From: a virus
DNA length: 64,000 nucleotides
Direction: 5' to 3' (one strand)
Virus record (IMG/VR): IMGVR_UViG_3300050019_000176
Coordinates: 11,522 to 75,521 of that record
Below are positions 4,154-13,040 of the stretch, piece by piece. The translations under genes were made by a program, and so were the position numbers. Positions within the stretch are counted from its first letter, which is position 1. Each line of letters begins with the position of its first letter. The notes under the pieces were generated by a model. It made no database searches. It was not told the origin of the DNA and saw only the letters and a list, made by a program, of their open reading frames with translations.

Positions 4154-4458
4154 TACGATTTCAGTATAGCACGGGTACGTTCGGTGTCAAGTGGTATACG
4201 TTTCGAGGCATGGATCGGCGCAAACATGCTTCGCATCCTGCGGCGCTCCTCGGCCCACTTCGGGTCCGCCAGTTCCCGGCGCCGGTCGCGTTCATTCGAT
4301 ATTTCTCCCAACCGATAGAGAGCCTGTCCCTCCCACGAACTTTCTCCGTGATCATCTTCATCCAGCATGCCGACGCCGGCGTCGAGCAATTCCTGTTCCA
4401 GGATATAGAGTTCTGCATCCGTAAAACTTGTGACTTTTGCTTGGTAGAAGTTAGGCAT
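4153..4458 (-). CDS. Hypothetical protein
   Basis: ORF MPNFYQAK.., acidic/helical; stop overlaps leader B ATG. Confidence 0.6.
   Translation of the reverse strand: MPNFYQAKVTSFTDAELYILEQELLDAGVGMLDEDDHGESSWEGQALYRLGEISNERDRRRELADPKWAEERRRMRSMFAPIHASKRIPLDTERTRAILKS
4154..4190 (-). promoter_or_regulatory. sigma70 consensus promoter of tRNA operon B
   Basis: TTGACA-16nt-TATACT with extended TG. Confidence 0.88.
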
Positions 4459-4661
4459 TACCGAGGCTCCGAGGGCCACCCATACCACCGATGGTGCAGG
4501 TCAGCCGGACAGATTTTCTTCTCCTCGCCATCGTGCGGCACGGCGGCATGGAGGATCTTCAAAAGTAGGCGGGGCCATCCGAGAAGAGGTCGGGTGGCCC
4601 CGATGGAGGAGAATAGACGTACCACTTGACTTCATGCTACCACATTTTCTCCAAAATAAAA

Positions 4662-4691
4662 CTGGACATTTGGACAATCCTGACGCACAAT
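4662..4691 (+). promoter_or_regulatory. Putative promoter overlapped by tandem TGGACA half-sites
   Basis: CTGGACATTTGGACA; TGGACA-17nt-CACAAT upstream of AAGGAG..TTG. Confidence 0.5.
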
Positions 4692-4709
4692 CAGGGTAAG
4701 GAGAAGAAC

Positions 4710-5129
4710 TTGACAGCAAATACCCTTCCGACATTCAAGTGCGGGACGTGGTTCGATCCCGAGATTTTCGGCCGGCTCGATGCCGCCATCCAGAAAGAAG
4801 AGGCCGACAAGATTCGCGGCGCTCCGGAGTGCCTGTATTGCGGGCGTCCGTCAACCACCCCGCAAGGCATGTGTGGACATCACTTCGCCCGCAGTCTGCG
4901 TTATGGAGATCCACTCGCCGATGGGCCAATGGATCGGGGGTGCGAATTCCCGGGTTGCACGCGTCCGCATCTCGCCCGTGGCATGTGCGCCACGCACTAT
5001 TCTCGGTGGAAGCGTGGCCGGACTATTCAGACCACGTCTGCGGTGGTGGAGTCCCTACCGGTCCAGATGGACTTCGGGTGGATTGTACCGAACCATGCCG
5101 AGTTATACGCGGCGTCGAGTTGCGTGTAG
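4710..5129 (+). CDS. Zn-binding repeat protein (motif of the type found N-terminal to phage HNH proteins)
   Basis: Two C-x2/4-C-x8/9-GMC-x2-H(F/Y) motifs; RBS AAGGAG before TTG. Confidence 0.65.
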   Translation: MTANTLPTFKCGTWFDPEIFGRLDAAIQKEEADKIRGAPECLYCGRPSTTPQGMCGHHFARSLRYGDPLADGPMDRGCEFPGCTRPHLARGMCATHYSRWKRGRTIQTTSAVVESLPVQMDFGWIVPNHAELYAASSCV

Positions 5130-5677
5130 TTCCGGTCGACGTAGCGTCCAGTGAAGCGGCAATCCCATTCCTCCATCCATTCGTCGACTGGCCAAGTGAT
5201 ATTCCACTCGAACCAGTTCAGTGCACGGCGCCACCACGGCTTTGGTGTTGGCGTTATCAACTGGTAGATCGCTTTCTCCGTAAATACGTAGAGAGATCCG
5301 TTGAGTGATACGGGTTGGCCGGGAGGCATCATGGCGTTACCAAAAACGTATAGCTCTCGATCGCCTGCGCGTCCGCCGTACTCACCACGATTCGCTGAAT
5401 GCCGGGCACGGGGATGGTCAACCGGTGGCTCGGCGATAGCGATGAAGATCTCTCCATCGGGGACCGGGAGCACTGCCGGGAGCGGATCGGGAGACTTGAC
5501 TATCGCCGTCTTCCCCCACGTGGATCCGTAGACGTGGATCAGAAACTTGTCGATTACGCCGGAAAACTTGTTCTCCAGGCAGTAACCACAGATTCCGCGC
5601 ATTTGGCTTGTGCCTTCCCGGAAGATGTAGACGGACTCTCGCATTTCGCAGATACAACACGGTTTCCCGGTTTTCAT
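5027..5677 (-). CDS. Hypothetical protein (N-terminal CxxC..CxxC)
   Basis: 216-aa ORF, ATGA-coupled to the upstream gene. Confidence 0.65.
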   Translation of the reverse strand: MKTGKPCCICEMRESVYIFREGTSQMRGICGYCLENKFSGVIDKFLIHVYGSTWGKTAIVKSPDPLPAVLPVPDGEIFIAIAEPPVDHPRARHSANRGEYGGRAGDRELYVFGNAMMPPGQPVSLNGSLYVFTEKAIYQLITPTPKPWWRRALNWFEWNITWPVDEWMEEWDCRFTGRYVDRNYTQLDAAYNSAWFGTIHPKSIWTGRDSTTADVV

Positions 5678-6030
5678 GAGAGTGGGGGGTAGGGTGCTAG
5701 CGGGAGTGTGGAATCAAAATTCCAGACCTTCATGATAGAATCTTTCGACTGAGTGGAATGGATGGTGAACCCGAAGGTATACCCGCACCGCGTGTTATAT
5801 GCCTGCACCCACAGTCTTGGGTCAGATGCGCGCATGGACCCATCGGGCAATCGATGGATGCTGACGATCTTCTTTGGGCCGCCGTCGATGGAACATGTGA
5901 GCGATCCCACCACTGGGGAGAACTTCCTAAACTGTCGCAATGCCCGCATCTCCGGCGTCCAGGGGATGCGCTTCGCCGCCTTCGCCATGAATGGGGCGAA
6001 CAGTGTTGCCAGAAACCATCGTCTCAACAT
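5674..6030 (-). CDS. Hypothetical protein with RR-hydrophobic N-terminus
   Basis: MLRRWFLATLFAPFMAKAA; TACAAT-6nt-ATG. Confidence 0.6.
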   Translation of the reverse strand: MLRRWFLATLFAPFMAKAAKRIPWTPEMRALRQFRKFSPVVGSLTCSIDGGPKKIVSIHRLPDGSMRASDPRLWVQAYNTRCGYTFGFTIHSTQSKDSIMKVWNFDSTLPLAPYPPLS

Positions 6031-6097
6031 GCCTTCATTGTACACCCGCGTGCAAAGGTTCTGGACATTTGGACAGGACTTGGTTTACCATAAAGGC
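6031..6097. promoter_or_regulatory. Divergent promoter region with tandem TGGACA half-sites
   Basis: Leftward TACAAT (6037-6042), rightward TGGACA-18nt-TACCAT, CTGGACATTTGGACA at 6061-6075; gene orientation switches here. Confidence 0.6.
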
Positions 6098-6120
6098 ATG
6101 GGAATTGTGGGTCGGCGCTG

Positions 6121-6330
6121 ATGGCAAAGAAGCGTGTGAAGGACCCATGCTCCTACTGCCACCGAGCGGCGACGGTGCGGTGTGATGTGGAGGGGTTGAC
6201 CATCGGTTCGCTGGAATGCGGTCGCGCCTGCTGCCCACGGCACTCGACGAAGTTGCCGAACGGGCAGGTACGATGCTTGGGGCATGAGGGCGTTGGGGAG
6301 CAGGTGTCCAATGTCTTGCCCAAGACATGA
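6121..6330 (+). CDS. Small Cys-rich Zn-finger protein
   Basis: CSYC..CD..CGRACCPRH..CLGH. Confidence 0.65.
   Translation: MAKKRVKDPCSYCHRAATVRCDVEGLTIGSLECGRACCPRHSTKLPNGQVRCLGHEGVGEQVSNVLPKT
6305..6327. repeat. Dispersed palindrome copy 1
   Basis: TGTCCAA-TGTCTTGCCCAAGACA. Confidence 0.9.
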
Positions 6331-6512
6331 AGGCTCTTGACTACTGGACAAGCTGTGCCGGGAAAATCCCACTGACCGGGAAGGTGGCGCGGAAGGTGGC
6401 GAAGAGGATGACGAGCCGAGACAAGGAGATATACGTCTGCTATAGATGTAGGTTCTGCGGGGGTGGCACTTGGCACGTGGGGCATAAACGAGAGGATAAA
6501 GTAGATGGATAA
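6327..6512 (+). CDS. Small Zn-binding protein
   Basis: CAGK..YRCRFCGGGTWHVGH; ATGA overlap. Confidence 0.65.
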   Translation: MKALDYWTSCAGKIPLTGKVARKVAKRMTSRDKEIYVCYRCRFCGGGTWHVGHKREDKVDG

Positions 6513-6738
6513 CACTCCAATTACGGGATGTAGTGGATGCGCCACTACGGGTGGCCGGATGGGTTGTCCGCATCACGGGACGCTGGCCATTACACCGCTA
6601 AGTCCAGCAACGGTGGGCTGGGTCTGTCCAAAGTGCGGTAGGGGGAATTCCCCACTATTGATGACCTGTCCATGTAATTTGTTGAAGATGTGGGACTATG
6701 CTCCGCCTCCAGCCAGACCGGGCGGTGGGGGTTGGTAA
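6505..6738 (+). CDS. Small Cys-rich protein
   Basis: GCSGC..GCPHH..GWVCPKCGRGNSP..CPC. Confidence 0.65.
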   Translation: MDNTPITGCSGCATTGGRMGCPHHGTLAITPLSPATVGWVCPKCGRGNSPLLMTCPCNLLKMWDYAPPPARPGGGGW

Positions 6739-6932
6739 TGGCTGAAGACATCTTCGTTTCCCCGGAAAAAGCCAGTGAGATGACGGGCATCTGTGGGCGC
6801 ACGCTGCGCCGATGGATCGAGGCCGGTCGATGTCCTGGCCGGCGCGGGCCGACGGGTCGCTACTCGGTGCCGATGACCTGGATACGCCAGCACCTGAAGG
6901 GGAAGGACGATGCCATTGCTGCCGCTGAGTAA
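6738..6932 (+). CDS. Excisionase/MerR-like winged HTH DNA-binding protein
   Basis: VSPEKASEMTGICGRTLRRWIEAGRCPGRRGPTGRYSV. Confidence 0.8.
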   Translation: MAEDIFVSPEKASEMTGICGRTLRRWIEAGRCPGRRGPTGRYSVPMTWIRQHLKGKDDAIAAAE

Positions 6933-7719
6933 CGAGCAGATGTTGGAGTGCGGGTACGGCACTACCCCGCTGGCCACCGGGAATCTATTTTTCGATCCAG
7001 AGACCGTCCCACCGGTTGGCTCCCGGCTGGTCTGCCTCCGCGAGAACACGATCCTTCAGCTTTTTCCGGCGGACGGTGCCGCGTGGTACGCGTGGTACAT
7101 CTGCGTCTACCTCGTGAAGGGTCGTTTGATTAACGGTACAACGTATCCGGCTGGCTCCAACGGGATTCCGCCGACCATCAGGAACATGTATCGGAACGGG
7201 TTGCTGCCGCGTGACCCTGGATTGCTGCTCACGGAGGGCGGCAGTCGAGATGTCTACCCTGTTCTCTTCGGCGAATGGTACGTGCGAGCGTGTGCCAGAA
7301 CCTGGAGCGCGAACCCCTATCGCCGGACTATGGCGGAACAGCCAGCGTTCTTCGCCCCCGCTGGCGTGGATGCGCCGGAAGAGATTGGCGTGCCGAGCCT
7401 GATCCAGTTTGTGCGAGACGATGGTGAGGAGCCAAACGTGGCCGGACGGCAGGTGGCGGAGGCGATGAAGCGGGAGGATCCAGTACCGGACTGGGGATCG
7501 ACCTGGGCCGGTAACGTCTTCCCTACGTACGGACAACAGTTTCGCTTGCAGACGGACGGTATCCCGTTTAGGACCTACGCGTACTCAGGGACGATGGGTT
7601 CTGGTCCATGGCCATCGACGCCTGTGGTGACACGGGAGGAGCGCCCTCGTCCTTCGGTGCCAATCCCCGACATCACCGAAGCACCTAAGAGAAAAATTCG
7701 TCTATGCGAGGAGAACTGA
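6910..7719 (+). CDS. Hypothetical protein
   Basis: 269-aa ORF with RBS, in operon. Confidence 0.7.
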   Translation: MPLLPLSNEQMLECGYGTTPLATGNLFFDPETVPPVGSRLVCLRENTILQLFPADGAAWYAWYICVYLVKGRLINGTTYPAGSNGIPPTIRNMYRNGLLPRDPGLLLTEGGSRDVYPVLFGEWYVRACARTWSANPYRRTMAEQPAFFAPAGVDAPEEIGVPSLIQFVRDDGEEPNVAGRQVAEAMKREDPVPDWGSTWAGNVFPTYGQQFRLQTDGIPFRTYAYSGTMGSGPWPSTPVVTREERPRPSVPIPDITEAPKRKIRLCEEN

Positions 7720-7771
7720 AGACTTTTTCGTGCTGCGATGGCACAATGAAGGGGTCAATCGATCTTTGAAT

Positions 7772-8020
7772 ATGGCGAAACTTCGACAAAGCGTTTACTA
7801 CGAAGTGAAGTTCCTACGGATGTTGGCCCACAAGAGGCCGGCGGCGTTCCTGAAAGCCGCCAAAATTATCCTGGCCGACCGGCGGGTATGGGATCCAGAC
7901 ATTCTGCAGGCCGAGATCGTCGGTGGCCAGAACGGCGTCGGCCAGATCAAGAACGAGTGCCGGTGTCTGATCGACTGGATTCGGTACGAGGAAGAAAACG
8001 GCAAGGTGAAATCCAAATGA
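7772..8020 (+). CDS. Hypothetical protein
   Basis: ORF coupled to the next gene (ATGA). Confidence 0.6.
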   Translation: MAKLRQSVYYEVKFLRMLAHKRPAAFLKAAKIILADRRVWDPDILQAEIVGGQNGVGQIKNECRCLIDWIRYEEENGKVKSK

Positions 8021-8499
8021 GCGGAAACGAGATTATCCTTATTATTGCGGCGACATTCCTGTTTTGCGCCATCACATTCGGCCTTGGTGCGCTCCTGTGG
8101 CGATACTTGGCGGAGCGCGGCCGCCGAGAGCGCGAGCGCGACGAACTTCTGCGGAAACTGGTGCCGGCGCTCGAAGCCTTCGCCGCGGCGGTAGTGCCGT
8201 TCAGTATTCTCCCCAAGATGTTGGATGGGCTGACAAAGGTGTGCGCCGCGCAGGTAGCCGAGATCACCAAGTTCCGGGAGGCCACCCAGGTAATCGCCGG
8301 GATCTTGGGGCAGAAGCCGCCGAAGGATGAGTTCACGGCGCCGACTGAGGAAGACGCCTACCGGGCCGGCCGGAAGCAGGAGTATCTGATTCGCGGTCTA
8401 TCGCCGGAGGAGGCGGAGACGCAGATGGAAGTCGATGAACAGCAGAAGATCTACGGCGGCGGAGATCCCTCGGTTCTCAACAGTATGATGGAGACGTAA
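8017..8499 (+). CDS. Membrane-anchored hypothetical protein
   Basis: N-terminal TM helix IILIIAATFLFCAITFGLGALLW. Confidence 0.7.
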   Translation: MSGNEIILIIAATFLFCAITFGLGALLWRYLAERGRRERERDELLRKLVPALEAFAAAVVPFSILPKMLDGLTKVCAAQVAEITKFREATQVIAGILGQKPPKDEFTAPTEEDAYRAGRKQEYLIRGLSPEEAETQMEVDEQQKIYGGGDPSVLNSMMET

Positions 8500-8503
8500 T
8501 CCC

Positions 8504-9307
8504 ATGAAGGCATTCGAGAAACTGATCGAGAAGGCGATGGCGAGGACGCAGGGGATGCCACCGCGTGAGCAGTGGGCATCTATCCAGCAGCAGGTGGAGG
8601 TGTTCTTCGACATATTTGAGGATGGCGGCGCGATCGGGTATGCGGGGACGGCTGCGGAAAAATCGGCTGCGGACAAGTTCCGCACGGTGTTGGCATCGGA
8701 CCTTCAGCAAGTCATCCAGAAGGCCAATCCCAATGGGCTGATCCTACTGCCAGGGAGGAAAGAAGACATTGATTCGGCTGTCCCCGTGGGACCTCCGGTC
8801 CGTATCGTCTACGCCGGCGGACCGTCGGCCGGCGACGAAGCGGCGCTTCCGGTGGAACACTGGCTAACCCTCGACGCCTTGGTGGAGGAGGTCCGTCGTG
8901 TGATGCCGACGGTGATTGAACTCGACCTACCGGGCTTCGCACAACCGCTCAAACTCAACCGGAAGATCACCCCCGGTCCGCCAGTCACCGAAGGCGTGAA
9001 GTTCTTACGTTTGCAGTACTTGGCGGAAGGCGCACCGGACGGCCCCGGTGTCTTGTGCAAGACATCGGACAGTTCGGTAGACGTCCAATCCATTCTCAGC
9101 GAGATCCAGGCCGGTGCGGTCGCCCAGTTCAGCGCCACGCAGCGCAAAGTCGAACCGCGGACGCCTTACGTGCGGCCACCTTCCCTCGATGAGCTTCGTC
9201 GGATGATGCCTTCGTCTGATCCCGGTCCAGGGAAAGACGAGGAACGTGCTCCTCATGACGAAGACATCGTCACCGATCGCAACCGATGGGACCGCTATGC
9301 CAAATAG
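8504..9307 (+). CDS. Hypothetical protein
   Basis: 267-aa ORF in operon; contains a copy of the 16-bp palindrome. Confidence 0.75.
   Translation: MKAFEKLIEKAMARTQGMPPREQWASIQQQVEVFFDIFEDGGAIGYAGTAAEKSAADKFRTVLASDLQQVIQKANPNGLILLPGRKEDIDSAVPVGPPVRIVYAGGPSAGDEAALPVEHWLTLDALVEEVRRVMPTVIELDLPGFAQPLKLNRKITPGPPVTEGVKFLRLQYLAEGAPDGPGVLCKTSDSSVDVQSILSEIQAGAVAQFSATQRKVEPRTPYVRPPSLDELRRMMPSSDPGPGKDEERAPHDEDIVTDRNRWDRYAK
9049..9071. repeat. Dispersed palindrome copy 2
   Basis: TGTCTTGTGCAAGACA-TCGGACA. Confidence 0.9.
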
Positions 9308-9396
9308 CTCGGCCACGTTACCCTTGAAGTCGTTGTCATTAAACCACTAGAATAGGGTTGTGGGTGGAGGTGCGCCGCCACCACAGGAGGTCTTGC

Positions 9397-9747
9397 ATGC
9401 AACTCATTCCACTCGGGCAGATTTTGCCGGGGGCTACTTATGCCACTGTTTCCGTTCCTGTCTTGTCGAGCGCCCTATTGGCCGCCCACCCCGAACTGGC
9501 GAATAAAGACGTCAATGTAGTCTCCATCCAGTTCGATCCGGGCAGCACCGGCGGTGGTCGAATCTACATCTGCAACAGCGCTGCTGCACCGGCGTCCAAC
9601 CGTTCCAACGTTATTTATACTATCCAGTCTCCAGGAGACTCATGGCCACTGGTCGGTCACGCGTTGAACGACGTGGAGTTGGGTGGCCTTTACATCGGCG
9701 CCGACAATGCCGACGACTACGCCTGCGGGTACGTGCGGAGGGCCTAA
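9397..9747 (+). CDS. Small beta-rich virion-type protein
   Basis: RBS AGGAGG; beta-strand pattern. Confidence 0.65.
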   Translation: MQLIPLGQILPGATYATVSVPVLSSALLAAHPELANKDVNVVSIQFDPGSTGGGRIYICNSAAAPASNRSNVIYTIQSPGDSWPLVGHALNDVELGGLYIGADNADDYACGYVRRA

Positions 9748-9751
9748 TCCC

Positions 9752-11371
9752 ATGAAGCGCATTGGATTTCTATTCGCGTTGATGTCCTCCCTGTGCTTGG
9801 CACAGAACCCGGTGACATCCAACGCCACAAGCATTTGGGGCAGGCGGATAGCCTCGACCGCGCCCAATGATGGATATACGTTGGTCTGGAGCGCCAGCCA
9901 GGGGAAATGGATCGTCTCCGCCGGCGTAGCGTCGGCCATCGCCTGTGTGGGCACTCCAGGGAATACCACAGGCTCCTACCGCCAGCAGTGTCAAACGACA
10001 GCGGGAGCGGTCTACGCCTGCAACAATGCGGCAGGATGCACGGTGGCGGGAGACTGGGTTGCAGTAGGCGGCGACGCAACCAGCACCCCCGTCTGCAATC
10101 CAACGACGGCCAGTGGCTCAACCTATGCCTGCCCATCCGCCACGCTTTCCACCTACACCGCAGGTGGTTTGGTGGCGTTCACCCCCGATGTGGACTGCGC
10201 GGGCGGTGCAACCACGATTGCCGTGGCTGGGCTGTTGGCGAAGTCGTACAAACTCGCTGACGGGTCCACCAACCCATCGGCAGGGACCTGCACGGCGGGC
10301 AGTTTGCAGATCCTCGAATACGACGGCACTGTGCTTCGGCTCATCTATCCATTCGACGCTACGCATTCCGGCGGTCTATACTTCTCGGGGTTTACGTCCG
10401 GAGGCACCGGCATTGCGGCGCGAGATACGGCGGGGACAGCAATCACGTGGTATCTGCCGACGACGAATGGCTCGGCAGGGCAGGTGCTGTCTGATTCTGG
10501 CGTGGTGGCTTGCGACGCCAAGTTGCCTGCGTTCATGCCGCAGACTTGTCATCTGCTCGCGTGGATAGCGGCTGGATCTGGGACTGGATCTGGGACGGTT
10601 ACTTCTATCGCCACAACCGCGCCACTCACGGGCGGAACGATCACCGGGAGCGGAACCATCGCGCTCGACACAACCAAAGTCCCACAGAAGTATTTTGGCA
10701 CGGCTGCGCCTGGTAGCGTGACCGGAAATCTACCCGGCGATTTCTTTACCGACACGACAGCCCATAACCAGTACGTCTGTAATGCGCCCTCGGGAACTGC
10801 CGCACCAGCCTGCACGTCGGTTACAGCGGCGGGATGGCTGCTGGTGAATGGAGGAGGCGGAACGGGTGTTGGGCGGGCGGTGCTTTCCCCCACCTACACG
10901 GCCATCGGGGACGGCGGATGCCAAGACCAGACCGCGACATGGACCGGAGTCGGTACGGGAGACTCTGTGATCCTCGGTCCTCCCTCCAGTCTTGCGGCTG
11001 GCATGATCGCAAATGGTTGGGTGAGTTCGACGAACAACGTGACCATCCGCCTGTGCAACACCAGCGGGGGCGCGGTGACTCCGGGAGTACTCAGTTTTAA
11101 TGGCACGCTGGCGATCTACAATCTTTCCGCGACAGCAGCCATCGATTTCACCTCCATCGCTGACGGGTCTTGCCTGTCGAACAATCTGACGGTGACCGGT
11201 GCGGCGGCGGGCGATCCAGTGACACCCAAGTGGCCTGCGGCTCTCGAATCCGGATTGATCGGCAGCATGGTCACTTCGGCCACGAGCACTGTAGCGGTTC
11301 GGCTTTGCAATTGGAGTGGCGCGGCAGTCGATCCGGCCAGCGCGACATTTGGGGCGAGCATCGCCAAATAG
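9752..11371 (+). CDS. Tail/head fibre-like protein with signal peptide
   Basis: MKRIGFLFALMSSLCLAQ; G/T/A/S-rich; fibre motifs APNDGYTLVWSASQGKW, GTVTSIATTAPLTGGTITGSGTI; paired Cys. Confidence 0.75.
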   Translation: MKRIGFLFALMSSLCLAQNPVTSNATSIWGRRIASTAPNDGYTLVWSASQGKWIVSAGVASAIACVGTPGNTTGSYRQQCQTTAGAVYACNNAAGCTVAGDWVAVGGDATSTPVCNPTTASGSTYACPSATLSTYTAGGLVAFTPDVDCAGGATTIAVAGLLAKSYKLADGSTNPSAGTCTAGSLQILEYDGTVLRLIYPFDATHSGGLYFSGFTSGGTGIAARDTAGTAITWYLPTTNGSAGQVLSDSGVVACDAKLPAFMPQTCHLLAWIAAGSGTGSGTVTSIATTAPLTGGTITGSGTIALDTTKVPQKYFGTAAPGSVTGNLPGDFFTDTTAHNQYVCNAPSGTAAPACTSVTAAGWLLVNGGGGTGVGRAVLSPTYTAIGDGGCQDQTATWTGVGTGDSVILGPPSSLAAGMIANGWVSSTNNVTIRLCNTSGGAVTPGVLSFNGTLAIYNLSATAAIDFTSIADGSCLSNNLTVTGAAAGDPVTPKWPAALESGLIGSMVTSATSTVAVRLCNWSGAAVDPASATFGASIAK

Positions 11372-11380
11372 GAGACAGTC

Positions 11381-12739
11381 ATGAAAACGAAACTCATTTT
11401 ACTTTGCGCGCTCCTGGCGATGAGCGCCTGGGCGCAGAACGCAGTGAAGCGCGATCTGGGATGCCCTACGGTGTCATCGGGGAGTGCCACAACGTACGCC
11501 TGTAATATTGCCGTGAACCCCACCGCATACGTTGTGGGAGAGACATACTACTTCGTGGCGGATGTCGCGAACACCACCTCTGGCGGAAATCCGACGATCA
11601 ACTTCAACGGCATCGCGGCCAAGAAGATCGTCAAGGTGCAGGGGGCGATTACCACGGAGTTGGTCGCCAACGACATCAGGGTCGGGCAAGTGGTGGTGAT
11701 GCGTTACGACGGCACCAACATGCAGATGACCAGCCCGCTCGGGAATGCTCCGGCAGGCGTCACTAATGGGCATGTGGTCGCGGTCGTGCTCACTTGCGCT
11801 GGCACGAACTCCAGCACCACGGCGGAAGTCTGCAACACTTCGCCCACATTTACTCCGGTAGCTGGCGACACGATCATCTATCAGCCGATCACAGCCAATA
11901 CCTCGACGTACACACTCAACGTGAACTCGCTCGGTGCGAAGGCGGTCACAAAGCGAGGCATGAATGCTCTCATCGCGGGCGACATCGCGGCGTCGCCATT
12001 CCAAGTGCTGGTGACTTACGACGGCATCCAATGGGAGATGCACAACGGAGCAAACCAGGTCGCGTATACGGGCGCGGCGAACACGTTCACGGCGATACAG
12101 ACGTTTAACAATCCTATTCTCGCAGCATATGGGAATGCTAGTAGCGTAAGTTACGGATTCACGGGCACCAACGGGGGACGCACTGGGATGTTCACGACAG
12201 GGGCAGATGTTGTGAAATTTGCGGGAGGCGGATCTTCGATGCTCTCTATATCCGTAAATCAAATGAACCTTCGAGACTCATGGAACGGACTTGGATATAC
12301 TTTGGGCGTAAATGCTGATAACTTCGGCCTTTCCGGTAACTCAAACCGTGCTGGAGGACCACTCATAATTCAGCCTGAAGCGAGCACTGGAAGTGCGTCT
12401 GCTGGGTATTTGTCCCTCCGTGTGGCTCCATCTGGTACGAGCGGAGTCAGCGTGAATCCTTTTATCGAGGTCGTTAGAATACTTGCAACCGGCAAAATAG
12501 GATTTGGTCCCCTTAACACCGCATCCACGAGCACACTGGACATTACTGATAAGACGGCGACTATTGGCGCAACCCTCGTTACCATTGGGCTCGGGGCGGC
12601 AGACTCGGCGACTACCGCTACGTTTGTCAATGCGGGTACCACCAAGTCGGCTGGTTACCAGTCCAGCGATGGAAGCGCAGGTGCAACCGTGACAACATGC
12701 ACCGGCTACAAGAACGGTCTTTGTGTAAGCGGGAGCTAA
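11381..12739 (+). CDS. Tail fibre-like protein with signal peptide
   Basis: MKTKLILLCALLAMSAWAQ; two ANT..TINxN..AK....L.AGDI..YDG modules; C-terminal YKNGLCV. Confidence 0.78.
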   Translation: MKTKLILLCALLAMSAWAQNAVKRDLGCPTVSSGSATTYACNIAVNPTAYVVGETYYFVADVANTTSGGNPTINFNGIAAKKIVKVQGAITTELVANDIRVGQVVVMRYDGTNMQMTSPLGNAPAGVTNGHVVAVVLTCAGTNSSTTAEVCNTSPTFTPVAGDTIIYQPITANTSTYTLNVNSLGAKAVTKRGMNALIAGDIAASPFQVLVTYDGIQWEMHNGANQVAYTGAANTFTAIQTFNNPILAAYGNASSVSYGFTGTNGGRTGMFTTGADVVKFAGGGSSMLSISVNQMNLRDSWNGLGYTLGVNADNFGLSGNSNRAGGPLIIQPEASTGSASAGYLSLRVAPSGTSGVSVNPFIEVVRILATGKIGFGPLNTASTSTLDITDKTATIGATLVTIGLGAADSATTATFVNAGTTKSAGYQSSDGSAGATVTTCTGYKNGLCVSGS

Positions 12740-12749
12740 GGAACTGATC

Positions 12750-13040
12750 ATGAAAACGATCTTGTCTCTTATTCTCGCGGTCGGTTGGTGCGTAATGCTA
12801 GCGCGTGCCGACGAGATCAAGCCACCAGTCAAAGCCGAGATCACGGCGGAACTGCGTGCAAAGTTCTGGCGGGCGAGCGCAGAGAACACTGCGGCGCAGA
12901 TGCAGGCACAGAAGACTACTGCTGCCGTTCAAGTAATCGTAGACAACATGCAGAAGGTCTGTGGGGATGCCCAGTTGACTATCGGACAAGACGGCGAGCC
13001 AGCGTGCGTGGCCAAACCACCCGAAACTAAACCGAAATGA
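12750..13040 (+). CDS. Small secreted coiled-coil protein
   Basis: Signal peptide, helical core, Cys pair. Confidence 0.65.
   Translation: MKTILSLILAVGWCVMLARADEIKPPVKAEITAELRAKFWRASAENTAAQMQAQKTTAAVQVIVDNMQKVCGDAQLTIGQDGEPACVAKPPETKPK

Noticed and set aside
763-4629. Long ORFs across the tRNA region (e.g. 2754-3581, 2821-3558, 3856-4629, and the N-terminal part of 1159-1956)
   Set aside because: They are translations of tRNA genes or their antisense, with no protein motifs.
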